Shown: positions 29,240-39,046 of the stretch, piece by piece
Position numbering within the stretch: the first letter of the stretch is position 1
Layout of the letters: each line of letters begins with the position of its first letter
Origin: Deltaproteobacteria bacterium
Lineage (GTDB): Bacteria; Myxococcota_A; UBA9160; SMWR01
Assembly (NCBI GenBank): GCA_032128115.1
Contig: JAQBHB010000047.1
Span: 160,001-224,000 of the forward strand
Reading direction: 5' to 3'
DNA length: 64,000 bases
Notes under the pieces: model-generated
Database searches by the model: none
Seen by the model: the letters and a program-made list of their open reading frames with translations, nothing else
What the model was told of the DNA's origin: nothing
Translations under genes and position numbers: made by a program

Positions 29240-30454
29240 ATGGATCTGAGTTACGGCAAGGAATACGAAGAGTTCCGGGAAGAGGTGCATGCCTTCCTGG
29301 CTGAACACTGGCCCCCGCAGGGCGGCGAGGCGGATCTGCCCCGCGAGGAGGGCAAGGCCCGCTTCCGGAAGCGCGCCGTGGCGGCGGGTTATCTGGCGCG
29401 GTCGATTCCCCGCCAGTATGGGGGCTCGGAGCAGCCTCCGGACGAGATCCGGGCATCGATCATCCGTGACGAGTTCTCGAAGGCGCGTGCGCCCGGCGAC
29501 GTGCGCGGAATCGGCACCATGATGCTGGTGCCCACCCTGCTCGAGAAGGGTGAGTCGTGGCAGAAGGATCAGTTCGTGTCACCCACGGTGAACGGTGAGA
29601 TCACCTGGTGCCAGGGCTACAGCGAGCCCGGGTCCGGCAGTGACCTGGCATCGCTCAAGACCCGCGCCGAGCTACAGGGCGACGAGTGGGTGATCAACGG
29701 CCAGAAGATCTGGACCACGAATGCGATCAACGCCGACTACATGTTCTGCCTGGCGCGCACCGAGCCGGAGGCCTCGAAGCACGCGGGCATCTCGTACCTG
29801 TTGGTTCCCATGAAGCAGCCTGGCGTCGAGGTGCAGCCCCTGCGACAGATGACCGGGGGATCCGACTTCAACCAGGTCTTCCTCACCGACGCCCGGACGC
29901 CCAAGAACTGGATCGTGGGAAAGCGCGGCGAGGGATGGCTCGTTTCCCGCGCGACCCTCAAGCACGAGCGCAACTCGATCGGCGCCACGGCGCAATCGAC
30001 GGCGGTGTTGGCGGGTCTGGTGGCGCTGGCGAAATCGTCGAAGCGCGGCGGGCGTTCCGCGATCGAGGATCCGGAGATCCGCCAGCGCCTGGCGGCCCTC
30101 GAAGGCTACGTACGCGCCCACGAGTACTCGGGCTATCGCCAGCTCACCCGAAACTCGCGCGGCCAGGATCCAGGCATCTTGCAGATGATGAACAAGCTCG
30201 TTTCCACCAACATCGGACAGGAGGCTGCGAAGCTCGCCTTCGACCTGATCGACTCGGACGGGCTCCTGGACCCCATCGCCACCCGCCAGATGGGTCAGAT
30301 CCCGGACGCGAGCCGCGGCTGGATCAACCTGTACATGTACTCCCTGGGCATCGCGGTGGCGGGAGGCACGGGCAACATCCAACGCAATGTCATTGGTGAG
30401 CGCGGGCTCGGTCTCCCCCGCGATGCCTACGCGCAGGGGAAGGCAGCAAAGTGA
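29240..30454 (+). CDS. Acyl-CoA dehydrogenase (catalytic-type subunit)
   Basis: WCQGYSEPGSGSDLASL, NGQKIWT, TLKHER, AGGTGNIQRNVIGERGLGLPR; start ATG 29240; TATAAT at 29195-29200. Confidence 0.93.
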   Translation: MDLSYGKEYEEFREEVHAFLAEHWPPQGGEADLPREEGKARFRKRAVAAGYLARSIPRQYGGSEQPPDEIRASIIRDEFSKARAPGDVRGIGTMMLVPTLLEKGESWQKDQFVSPTVNGEITWCQGYSEPGSGSDLASLKTRAELQGDEWVINGQKIWTTNAINADYMFCLARTEPEASKHAGISYLLVPMKQPGVEVQPLRQMTGGSDFNQVFLTDARTPKNWIVGKRGEGWLVSRATLKHERNSIGATAQSTAVLAGLVALAKSSKRGGRSAIEDPEIRQRLAALEGYVRAHEYSGYRQLTRNSRGQDPGILQMMNKLVSTNIGQEAAKLAFDLIDSDGLLDPIATRQMGQIPDASRGWINLYMYSLGIAVAGGTGNIQRNVIGERGLGLPRDAYAQGKAAK

Positions 30455-31527
30455 ACTTCGATCTCTCGGACGAACAGCGGCTGCTTCAGGAAACCGTCGG
30501 TCAGTTCATGGAAAACGAGTGCCCGGCTCCCGTGCTGCGACAGATCTTCGAGGGCGAGACGGGTTTCGAGCCCACACTCTGGAAGGGCATGGTGGAGCTC
30601 GGCCTCGCGGGACTGCATCTTCCCGACGAGTACGGCGGCGCCGGACTCGAGATGATCGACCTGGCGCTGGTCGCCGAGGCGCTGGGCACCGCCGGGGCAC
30701 CGGGGCCCTTCCTGGGACATTCACTGGCGTCACTGGCCATCCTGCTGGGAGGGAGCGACGAGCAGAAGCGGGCGTGGCTGCCGCGCCTGGCCACCGGCGA
30801 CGCCATCGGAAGCGTCGCGCTGGCGGAAGTGGGCGGCCTCTGGCAGCCCGAAGAGTGGACACTCGCGGCCGGGGACCGGCTTTCGGGGACCAAGCTGCAC
30901 GTTCCCCAGGCGTCCCTGGCCGAGGTGATCGTGGTGGGCGTGGCCGGCGGTGACCTGGTGTTGGTGGAGCGCGCCGGCGACGGCATCGAGGTGCGGCCCA
31001 TCGATGGCGTCGATCGCTCGCGCCGCCTGGACGAACTCGTCTTCCAGGGCGCTTCCTTCGACCCGCTGCCCCACGGTCGTGCAGCGGCGCCGCGGGTTCG
31101 GGATGCGGGACTCGTGCTGCTGGCGGCCGACGCCTTCGCAGCCGGCGATCGCCTGGTGCAGATGTGCGTGGAGTACGCGAAGACGCGCGAGCAGTTCGGG
31201 GTGACCATCGGCCATTTCCAGGCGCTCAAGCACCAGCTGGCCGACCTGGCCGTGGAGAGCGAGCCCTCACGTGCCCTCTACTGGTACGCCGCCCACGCCT
31301 TCGATCACATCCCCGACGAGGCACCCCGGGCGGCGGCCCTGGCCAAGTCGCACATCTGCGAGCGATCCATGCAGATTGCGCGCGCAGCGGTCGAGGCCCA
31401 CGGCGGAATCGGATTCACCTGGGAGTGCGACGTCCAGATCTGGTTCAAGCGCGCCATGTTCGACCGGGCGTTCCTGGGCACACCCACGGTGCACCGGGAG
31501 CGGGTGGCCCAGCTGGCTGGCTGGTAG
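30451..31527 (+). CDS. Acyl-CoA dehydrogenase (short partner subunit)
   Basis: GTGA overlap; YAKTREQFG..IGHFQALKHQLAD, HGGIGFTWE; 358 aa. Confidence 0.92.
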   Translation: MNFDLSDEQRLLQETVGQFMENECPAPVLRQIFEGETGFEPTLWKGMVELGLAGLHLPDEYGGAGLEMIDLALVAEALGTAGAPGPFLGHSLASLAILLGGSDEQKRAWLPRLATGDAIGSVALAEVGGLWQPEEWTLAAGDRLSGTKLHVPQASLAEVIVVGVAGGDLVLVERAGDGIEVRPIDGVDRSRRLDELVFQGASFDPLPHGRAAAPRVRDAGLVLLAADAFAAGDRLVQMCVEYAKTREQFGVTIGHFQALKHQLADLAVESEPSRALYWYAAHAFDHIPDEAPRAAALAKSHICERSMQIARAAVEAHGGIGFTWECDVQIWFKRAMFDRAFLGTPTVHRERVAQLAGW

Positions 31528-31534
31528 CCCGGGG

Positions 31535-32149
31535 CTAGGAAATCGGGCGGGCGACGCCCCGGAACATGTGGGCCAGCAGGCCCGGGCCCCGGGCGCGAAA
31601 CCGGTCGAGCCGGCTGAGTTCGAATCCCGCGTCCTGGATCAGGCGGTCGATGGACCGGTTCATGTGGCAGCCGTCGGCGATGCGCGTCCAGACCGGGTCG
31701 ACGCGGTCCTGCCAGCGCGCCGCCCTCGGGGACGGAGCGCGGCCGTGCTCGATGAACAGGTAGCGACCGTCCGGCTTCAAGACGCGTCGCATTTCCGCCA
31801 GCGCCCGGCCGGCATCGGGAATCGAGCACAGGGTCCAGCTGGTCACGACGCAGTCGAAGCGGCCGCTGTCGAAGGGAATCTCGCCATCGGCCCGGAGTTC
31901 CACGCGACTCACCGGAAACACGGCGCGTTCCACGCGCTCGTCCAGTGCGGGCAGGCCTTCGACACCGTTGGGATCGAGACCCGTCACGGTCTTCACCGCT
32001 GGCGGGTAGAAGTCCAGGTTGAGTCCAGTGCCGAAGCCCACCTCCAGGATCTCCCCCTCGGCCGTTGCCAGCGTCTCCGGGCGCAGGTCGTTCATCTGGC
32101 GCATCGCCCAGTCGAGGAGCCGGCTGCGAAATCGGGTGCGGAATCCCAT
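31535..32149 (-). CDS. Class I SAM-dependent methyltransferase, METTL7/TMT1/MddH-like
   Basis: LEVGFGTGLN, WTLCSIPD, LFIEHG, WQDR, GCHMNR. Confidence 0.8.
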   Translation of the reverse strand: MGFRTRFRSRLLDWAMRQMNDLRPETLATAEGEILEVGFGTGLNLDFYPPAVKTVTGLDPNGVEGLPALDERVERAVFPVSRVELRADGEIPFDSGRFDCVVTSWTLCSIPDAGRALAEMRRVLKPDGRYLFIEHGRAPSPRAARWQDRVDPVWTRIADGCHMNRSIDRLIQDAGFELSRLDRFRARGPGLLAHMFRGVARPIS

Positions 32150-32160
32150 GAGGTTCGATT

Positions 32161-33057
32161 CTACTCCTTCGGAGCCAGAAAGTCGGTCAGCGCCGCGTTC
32201 AGGGCTTCCGGATTCTCCAGCATCACCACGTGTCCTGCGTCGGGCACCGTTACGGCGCGTCCATCGGGCAGCACCTCATCGACCATGCGCGCCACCGTGG
32301 CCTGGGACAAATGGGGCGAGAGGGCCCCGCGCACCACGAGCGTGGGGCAGGACACGCGGGACAGGCAGTCCCAGAGGCGGGCCTCCTCTTCCCGCGCCCA
32401 GGCCCGGCGGTCGAACTTCTGACGGTTCGCCGGATCGGCAGCGCTTTTCGGGCGCAGGAAGGTGGGATCGAGCTTGGGCTCGAAGCGCCCGTCGGCGCGC
32501 TGGCGCAGCCAATGAGGCGCGAGTGCCGCCAGCGCCTGCACCCGGGCCCTGGGATACAGGCGCGCCAAGATCCGGGTGTATTCGTCCGGGCTGGCGAAGT
32601 CCGGATTTCGCGGCTCCCTCGATTCGCCCCGGGCGGCGCGGCTCGCGACGGAGAGTTCCGGGCCGGCATCCACCAGCACCAGCTTGGCCACCCGATGCGG
32701 GTGGCGAGCGGCGAAGCGCAGCGATGCGTAGCCGCCCATGGAGTGGCTCACCAGCACCACCGATTCGATTTCCAGGTGATCGAGCACCAACTCCAGGTCG
32801 CGGGCGATCGAGGCGTGGTGGTAGCGGTATTCCGGATCGTGGTCCGAATCTCCGTGGCCACGCTGGTCCAGGGCCAGGGTCCGGTAGGTCTGCGCCAGCG
32901 GCAGCGCGAAGGGATCCCAGATTCGCGCGCTGTGGCCGAAGCCGTGCAGGAAGAGCAGGGGTGGGCCCACGCGACTCCATTCGAGCACGTGGAGCGTGAG
33001 ATCGTGTGCGCCCGGGACGCGCAATGACCCGGGCTCCAGGGTGTTGCCTTCCAGCAT
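32161..33057 (-). CDS. Alpha/beta hydrolase
   Basis: LHGFG, DQRGHGDS, SHSMGG, AGHVVMLENP. Confidence 0.92.
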   Translation of the reverse strand: MLEGNTLEPGSLRVPGAHDLTLHVLEWSRVGPPLLFLHGFGHSARIWDPFALPLAQTYRTLALDQRGHGDSDHDPEYRYHHASIARDLELVLDHLEIESVVLVSHSMGGYASLRFAARHPHRVAKLVLVDAGPELSVASRAARGESREPRNPDFASPDEYTRILARLYPRARVQALAALAPHWLRQRADGRFEPKLDPTFLRPKSAADPANRQKFDRRAWAREEEARLWDCLSRVSCPTLVVRGALSPHLSQATVARMVDEVLPDGRAVTVPDAGHVVMLENPEALNAALTDFLAPKE

Positions 33058-33125
33058 GGCCCGGTTCTCTACACCAATCGAAATGTCTGGACAACCGGTC
33101 GGGGCGGCGGCGATGATCCGCGCGG

Positions 33126-34910
33126 ATGGCGGAGCCCGAACGCGTTCCGGAGACGATCGATCCCGTCGGCGCCGAGGTGGTGCGGGGCGCTCTGGAAACG
33201 GTCGCCTACGAGATGGCGACCCACGTGTCCCTGACCGCCACCACGCCGATCCTGAACCAATCCAACGAACGCAATGCCACGATCCTCGACCACCGCGGCC
33301 GGCTGGCAGCGCTCTCGGTGGGGATTCCCCAGTTCATGCTGTCGTCGACGCTCCCGGTTCGGTTCGCCCTGGAATTCTTCGCAGAAGAGGGGCTCAACGC
33401 TGGCGACGTGTTGGTGGCCAACGATCCCTACCACGGGGGCGGACACCTGCCCGACTACAATGTATTCGCACCGGTGGTGGTAGACGGCGAGCTGGTGTTG
33501 ATCGCATCGATCCAGTGCCACCACGCCGACACGGGCGGGGGCATGCCCGGCGGCTACAACGTGAACGCCCTGGACATCTGGGCCGAAGGCGTGCGCTTCC
33601 CGGCCGTGAAGGTCTACGACCGGGGCGTCGAACGTCGCGACGTGGTCTACCTGCTCCAGACCAACAACCGCACGCCCACCTTCATCGGCGATCTGCGCGC
33701 GCAGATCGGCGCGGCCCAGCTGGGTGTACGTCGGCTATCCGAGATCATCCGGCGCGTGGGCGTCGCGGCGGTGCGCGGCGCTGTGGAACACGCAATCGGG
33801 TTTTCGGCCCAGCGCTTCCGGGAGGAGGTGAGTGCCTGGCCCGATGGACGCTTCGTGAGCGATGTCTACGTGGATCACGACCCGAAGGGCAACCAGGACA
33901 TCCACGTGCATTGCGCCGTCAGCGTGCACGGAGATCGACTCACGGTGGACTTCACGGGAAGCGACGATCGCCCGGAGCTGCAGGCGTGGTCCACCTTCGG
34001 CAACACCCGAGGCTACGTGGTGTCGCAGCTGGCCTCCATGATGGATCCGACGATTCCCAAGAACGAGGGCTTCTTCGACGCCATCGAGCTGATCGTGCCC
34101 GAGGGCTGCGTGCTGAATCCCACGGAGGGTCACACGGTGGCCGCGGGCACCCACCACCCGGGAGTCGAGGTGGGTGAGGCCGTGTGTCTGGCATTGGCCC
34201 AGGTGATTCCCGAACGCGCGTGCCCCCAGATCTACAAGGCGGGCATGCCGGCCATCATCATCGGGCAGCACCCAGAGACCGGTCTGCTGTTCGTGGACCA
34301 CTCGGTGGACTCTACATCTGCATACTGCGGCGCCGTGTACGGCCGCGACGGCTGGGGATCATCGAATGCCTCGTTTGGCAACCTGATCAAGGCCACCGCA
34401 GAGATCAACGAGTCGATCTTTCCCACCCGGCACGAGAAACTCGACTACTGCACCGATAGCGGCGGGCCCGGCAAGTGGCGCGGCTGCCCGGGCTCGGCCT
34501 ACACCAAGCGCGTGACGTCGCCAGCCACGGTCTATACCTATATGGTGGGCATCAAGTATCCCATGCCGGGCGTGGCCGGGGGCGCGCCGGGCCGTCCCAA
34601 CCGCTTCACTTTCCGTGTGGGGACGGAGCACGAGCAGGTGGTGACCCACACCCTGCCCCAATCGCCCATCGGCGCCGGCGAGGCCTACGAGTACGTGTAC
34701 GGTGGCGGCGGAGGTTGGGGAGATCCGCTGGAGCGGGATCCGGAGGCGGTGTGCGAGGACGTTCTGGACGAGTACGTCTCCATCGAAGGCGCCCGCCGCG
34801 ACTACGGCGTGGTATTCACGGGTAGCGTGGCGGACTGGGATCTGGCCGTGGCGCCGGACGCCACGCTTCGTCTGCGCAGCCAGATGCGCGACGCGAGCGG
34901 GTCCGCGTGA
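33126..34910 (+). CDS. Hydantoinase B / oxoprolinase family protein
   Basis: NDPYHGGGHLPD, HHADTGG..PG, DSGGPGKWRG, GGGGGWGDPLERDP. Confidence 0.92.
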   Translation: MAEPERVPETIDPVGAEVVRGALETVAYEMATHVSLTATTPILNQSNERNATILDHRGRLAALSVGIPQFMLSSTLPVRFALEFFAEEGLNAGDVLVANDPYHGGGHLPDYNVFAPVVVDGELVLIASIQCHHADTGGGMPGGYNVNALDIWAEGVRFPAVKVYDRGVERRDVVYLLQTNNRTPTFIGDLRAQIGAAQLGVRRLSEIIRRVGVAAVRGAVEHAIGFSAQRFREEVSAWPDGRFVSDVYVDHDPKGNQDIHVHCAVSVHGDRLTVDFTGSDDRPELQAWSTFGNTRGYVVSQLASMMDPTIPKNEGFFDAIELIVPEGCVLNPTEGHTVAAGTHHPGVEVGEAVCLALAQVIPERACPQIYKAGMPAIIIGQHPETGLLFVDHSVDSTSAYCGAVYGRDGWGSSNASFGNLIKATAEINESIFPTRHEKLDYCTDSGGPGKWRGCPGSAYTKRVTSPATVYTYMVGIKYPMPGVAGGAPGRPNRFTFRVGTEHEQVVTHTLPQSPIGAGEAYEYVYGGGGGWGDPLERDPEAVCEDVLDEYVSIEGARRDYGVVFTGSVADWDLAVAPDATLRLRSQMRDASGSA

Positions 34911-35746
34911 AGTTCGGGGTTGCCCTCTCGCGGCTCAACCCCGCGTTCCACCTGGAAGTCACCCTCGAAGCCGAACGCCTGGGTTTCGAGTCGGTGTGGA
35001 TGGCGGATCACCTGGTGTTCCCCGTGGACATGGCGGGGTCTCCGCATCCCGGTCAGGACGCGCCTCCGGTGCCGCCCACCACACCGGTCTTCGACGCCTT
35101 CGGGTGGCTGTGCTTCCTGGCCGGCAAGACCTCCCGCATCCGTCTCGGCACGAACGTGTACCTGCTGGCCCTGCGCCATCCGTTCACGGCGGCTCGCGCC
35201 GTGCAGACTCTCGACATCGCTTCCGGCGGACGAGCCGAGGTGGGCATCGGCGCCGGCTGGTTGCGCAGCGAGTGGACCGCCGCGCAGCTCGACCCGGGAA
35301 GTCGCGGGCGCCGCCTGGACGAGGCGCTCGCGGTCTGCAAGCGCCTGTGGACCGAGCCGGAGGTGGAGCACCACGGCCGCTTCTTCGACTTCGATCCGGT
35401 GTGCTTCGAACCCAAGCCGGTGCAGAGGCCGTGGCCGCCGATCCACGTGGGCGGCGAGTCGGAGGCGGCCCTGAGGCGCGCCGCTTTTCACGGGGACGGC
35501 TGGTACGGACTCACCCACAGCCTGGACTCGGCGTCCGCGCGCGTGGCGCAGCTGCGCGCCCTGCGCTGCGAGGCCGGGCGCGAGAACGAAGCCTTCCAGG
35601 TGACGCTGGGTGGCGACCCGACCGAGCCCGGCGAGATCGCCCGCTGGGAAGAGGCCGGCGTCGATCGCCTGGTGGTGACTCCCTGGAAGCGTTCGCGGGA
35701 AGCGGTGGAGGGCCTGCGCCGCTTCGCAGATCGCTTGCTCACGTGA
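34907..35746 (+). CDS. LLM class oxidoreductase, probably F420-dependent (TIGR03619-like)
   Basis: GTGA overlap; ADHLVFP, LRHPF, SGGRAEVGIGAGW, PKPVQRPWPPIHVGG. Confidence 0.87.
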   Translation: MKFGVALSRLNPAFHLEVTLEAERLGFESVWMADHLVFPVDMAGSPHPGQDAPPVPPTTPVFDAFGWLCFLAGKTSRIRLGTNVYLLALRHPFTAARAVQTLDIASGGRAEVGIGAGWLRSEWTAAQLDPGSRGRRLDEALAVCKRLWTEPEVEHHGRFFDFDPVCFEPKPVQRPWPPIHVGGESEAALRRAAFHGDGWYGLTHSLDSASARVAQLRALRCEAGRENEAFQVTLGGDPTEPGEIARWEEAGVDRLVVTPWKRSREAVEGLRRFADRLLT

Positions 35747-35755
35747 GCGGTGTCG

Positions 35756-36430
35756 CTACTTCCAGACGTACTCGTGGATGCGGTAGCCCGGGGCTCGGGC
35801 CACCAGCGCCGCGCGGCTCTCGGCCACGGCGCGTTCGCCCGCGGGAGAGTCGAATCGGGGCTCGGGCGAATCGCTGAGGAAGCTTTGTTCCTCGAAGGCG
35901 TCCCACTCGGGACCGGTCTCCGAGAGCATCTCCGCGACCAGGCTCGACGCGTAACCCGAGAGCTGCGGCTGGTGTTCCAGCACGAGAGGTACGTGCTCTG
36001 CCAGCCAGCGGCGCTGGAACTCCGCCCGGGTGAGTTCGGAACGCCGGGCCAGGAGGTACATCCATTTGGTGCCCGGGGAGCGGTGGCCGCTTGCGGGCGC
36101 CGGGTCGTCGTTCCGGTGCACATGCTCGCGGGTGGCGTAGGCGTCCGAGCCTCCCATGAAGCGCTGCACGTCCTGCCGGATGACGGCCTGGCCCTCGGGC
36201 GAGTCGTAGAGCCGCTCGCGGAAGTCTTCGATGCTGTCGAACCAGAGGGTGGGAAGGCTGTCGATCTCGTCGCCGTCGGCGGGCCGGCCTTCGACGATCT
36301 GGATCACGTAACGCCGCAGATTCGGGTGGTGCACCAGGGCGAGGGGAGCATGGCCCTCGAGGATGCGGCGTGCGTACTCGTCGCGGCTCAGGTCCGGTCG
36401 CCGCCGACACAGGAAGAGCATCTTGATCAA
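35756..36430 (-). CDS. Tandem EthD-domain protein
   Basis: Two repeats of K.....RR..L.R.E.......H.PL. Confidence 0.8.
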   Translation of the reverse strand: MIKMLFLCRRRPDLSRDEYARRILEGHAPLALVHHPNLRRYVIQIVEGRPADGDEIDSLPTLWFDSIEDFRERLYDSPEGQAVIRQDVQRFMGGSDAYATREHVHRNDDPAPASGHRSPGTKWMYLLARRSELTRAEFQRRWLAEHVPLVLEHQPQLSGYASSLVAEMLSETGPEWDAFEEQSFLSDSPEPRFDSPAGERAVAESRAALVARAPGYRIHEYVWK

Positions 36431-38193
36431 GAAGCGCTCCGGAGCTGTCGCATGCGCAACGTGCGCAGGCGGTTGATGGCCGCGGCGATCTCGAAGCGCC
36501 GGGGCCGCGCCAGATTTCCCGGGTGGTGGTCGCGTCGGTAGAAGGGGGCCAGCGGGTCGAGCCCCTCCTCGTCGAAGAACGCCTCCAGGAGATCGAGGAC
36601 CCGGGCGAGGGAGGTCTCGCCGTCCATGAAGCGCTGGCTCGCCAGGTGGATGGCGTTGCCGACGGCGCGGGTCTGGCTCAGGTCCACCAGCTGCTCGACG
36701 CCCTTCAGATCGATGGCATCGTTTCCGAACAGGATGTGGTCCACCCGCTTGGCATCGACCTTCACCGGGCGGCGCCCCCGCGATGCGTCGAAGCTTCCCG
36801 ACTGGGGCGCGCGGTCGGCAATCCGGGCCAGCGGCGCTGCGACCTCGATCTGGCGTGTGGAACCGTGCTCCCGGGCGATGCGCCGGGCCTCGTCGGTCAC
36901 GTCCTCGGGCTGGAACTCACGCATGGCAATGACCCGGTCGGCGATGTCGAAGTAATCGCCGCAGCCACCCATCACCAACACGGTGGAGACGCCAAGCGTG
37001 TCGTAGATCTCGCGAACCCGCTCGAGGAACGGAGTGATCGGCTCGTCGCGCTTGTTCACCAGCGCCTGCATTCGGGCATCTCGCACCATGAAGTTGGTTG
37101 CCGATGTGTCCTCGTCAAGCAGCAGGCCGCTCGCCCCGACCTCGATGGCCTCGACGATGTTCGCAGCCTGGCTGGTGCTGCCGCTGGCATCGTCGCTTGA
37201 GAAGGCCGTGGTGCTGCGTTCCTGGGGCAGGTTGTTGATGAAGGCGCTGATGTCCACCTGCTCGACCCGACGTCCGTCTTCGGCGCGGATCTTCACGAGA
37301 CCCGGCGAGCTCACCACCCACTCGCGTCCGTCGCCCGGAATGTGGGGATAGACGCCGCGCTCGAGGGCGCGCAGCAGGGTGGACTTGCCGTGATAGCCGC
37401 CGCCCACCACCAGCGTGACGCCGCGACCGATGGCCATTCCGGTGATCTCGCGGCACGGGCCGTCCGGCCCGGGGATGGGGTTCGCCAGGGGCAGGGTCAC
37501 CCGCAGGGCCTCCGGCGACCGGAACGCCGCCGCCCCGCCCCGCGGAAGCGGTCGGTCGCTGGCGCCGCTCTCGCGCGGCAGGATCGAGCCGTCGCCCACG
37601 AACGCCACGAGCCCGCGCTCGGCCAGCTGTCGGCGCAGGTACTCCTGGTTCTCGATGCACTCGACGAACTCCCGGGCTTCGTCCCGGGGCAGCCGATCCC
37701 AGCACAGGGCCTCGCGGGCGATGCGCGGCAGGTCGTGACACAGCATGGATTCGGCCTGGCGTCCCAGGACTCGCCGTCCGGCCGCGGGAAGCCCCAGCTC
37801 GACACGCGCCTCCACCCAGTCGGGATCGATCACCACGGCGGTGCGCTCGATGACTTCCTGGCCGCCGGCGTCGACCTGGATCACGCCGCTCTTGCCGCTG
37901 CCTTCCCGTGGTCCGCCGTGGCTTCGGATCGCCAAGCGCATCTGGCGCGCCAGGAAGTCGCTGCAGGCGAGAGATCGTGCGGCGCTCCCGAACAATTCCG
38001 GCGGAATTCCCGCCTCGCTCATGGGTAGGCGCACCCGCAGCTTGGAGGGCGCGGCGAAGGGATCGCCTTGCACATGATCGATGTGCAGGGTCATGGCTTC
38101 GAACGCGAAGCTCCCGGTGATGTCCTTGTAGGCCCTGTAGCCGTGGCCGTCGATGCGGCCCAGGATGCCCTTCAGGTCCTCAGCGCTTGCCAT
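36427..38193 (-). CDS. ABC_ATPase (PF09818-type) soluble ATPase
   Basis: IDG.GYRAYK, DHVQGDPFAAPS, Walker A GGGYHGKST, RAEDGR, ASGSTSQAAN, Walker B LLLDEDTSATNFM. Confidence 0.9.
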   Translation of the reverse strand: MASAEDLKGILGRIDGHGYRAYKDITGSFAFEAMTLHIDHVQGDPFAAPSKLRVRLPMSEAGIPPELFGSAARSLACSDFLARQMRLAIRSHGGPREGSGKSGVIQVDAGGQEVIERTAVVIDPDWVEARVELGLPAAGRRVLGRQAESMLCHDLPRIAREALCWDRLPRDEAREFVECIENQEYLRRQLAERGLVAFVGDGSILPRESGASDRPLPRGGAAAFRSPEALRVTLPLANPIPGPDGPCREITGMAIGRGVTLVVGGGYHGKSTLLRALERGVYPHIPGDGREWVVSSPGLVKIRAEDGRRVEQVDISAFINNLPQERSTTAFSSDDASGSTSQAANIVEAIEVGASGLLLDEDTSATNFMVRDARMQALVNKRDEPITPFLERVREIYDTLGVSTVLVMGGCGDYFDIADRVIAMREFQPEDVTDEARRIAREHGSTRQIEVAAPLARIADRAPQSGSFDASRGRRPVKVDAKRVDHILFGNDAIDLKGVEQLVDLSQTRAVGNAIHLASQRFMDGETSLARVLDLLEAFFDEEGLDPLAPFYRRDHHPGNLARPRRFEIAAAINRLRTLRMRQLRSAS

Positions 38194-38995
38194 CTGTGAC
38201 CGCATCGAAGCCGGCGAGGACGGTCTGGAAGCGCGCTTCGATGATGGGCCGGAACTCGGGATGGGTGAAGATGTAGTCCGCGTTCTCTCGGATTCCGCGG
38301 AGCACGGCGTCTCCCACGTCTTCGGGGTCGATGCCGCTTTCGAGCATCTCGCGCAGTGATTCGGCGCGCCCGCTGGTTTTCACCAGGTGCTCCGGACGAT
38401 TGCGATCGGCCTCCAGCAAGCGCGTGCGAACGCCGCCCGGACACAGCACCGAGACGCCGATGCCCTGGGGCGCGAGCTCGAGCCGTAGCGACTCGCTGAA
38501 TCCCACCACGGCGTACTTGGTGGTGCAATAGACTCCGAGGCCCGGAGCCGGGAGCAGCCCGCCGACGGAAGCCGTGTTCACGATGTGTCCGCCGTCGCCC
38601 CTGGTAACCAACCGCGAGGCGAAGCTCCGGCAACCGTTCACCACGCCCCCCAGGTTCACGGAGAGCAGCCACTCCCAGTCGTCGGGGGTGGCCTCGTCCA
38701 GGGTGCCGCCCACCAGCACCCCGGCGTTGTTGCACACCACGTGCACGGATCCCATCTCGCGGAAGGCGGTGTCGGCCAGTGCTTCGACCGAGGAGGCGTC
38801 CGCCACATCGGTGGCGACCGCGAGGGCGTCGGCTCCGGCATCCCGCAGATCCGAGGCCGCCTTCTCGGCGCCGTCGCCGTCCACATCGGCTACCACCACG
38901 CGCAGGCCCGCCGCGGCGAAGCGCACGCACAGGCCCAGGCCGATTCCACTGGCAGCCCCGGTGACCACGGCCACTTTTCCCTTCAGGTCCTGCAT
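38180..38995 (-). CDS. SDR family oxidoreductase
   Basis: TGAASGIG, NNAG, YCTTK; start ATG 38995. Confidence 0.93.
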   Translation of the reverse strand: MQDLKGKVAVVTGAASGIGLGLCVRFAAAGLRVVVADVDGDGAEKAASDLRDAGADALAVATDVADASSVEALADTAFREMGSVHVVCNNAGVLVGGTLDEATPDDWEWLLSVNLGGVVNGCRSFASRLVTRGDGGHIVNTASVGGLLPAPGLGVYCTTKYAVVGFSESLRLELAPQGIGVSVLCPGGVRTRLLEADRNRPEHLVKTSGRAESLREMLESGIDPEDVGDAVLRGIRENADYIFTHPEFRPIIEARFQTVLAGFDAVTDGKR

Positions 38996-39046
38996 CGAAT
39001 CCCCGATTCCCCCGCGCCGCGACGATAGCCGGGCGGGGACCCGGGC

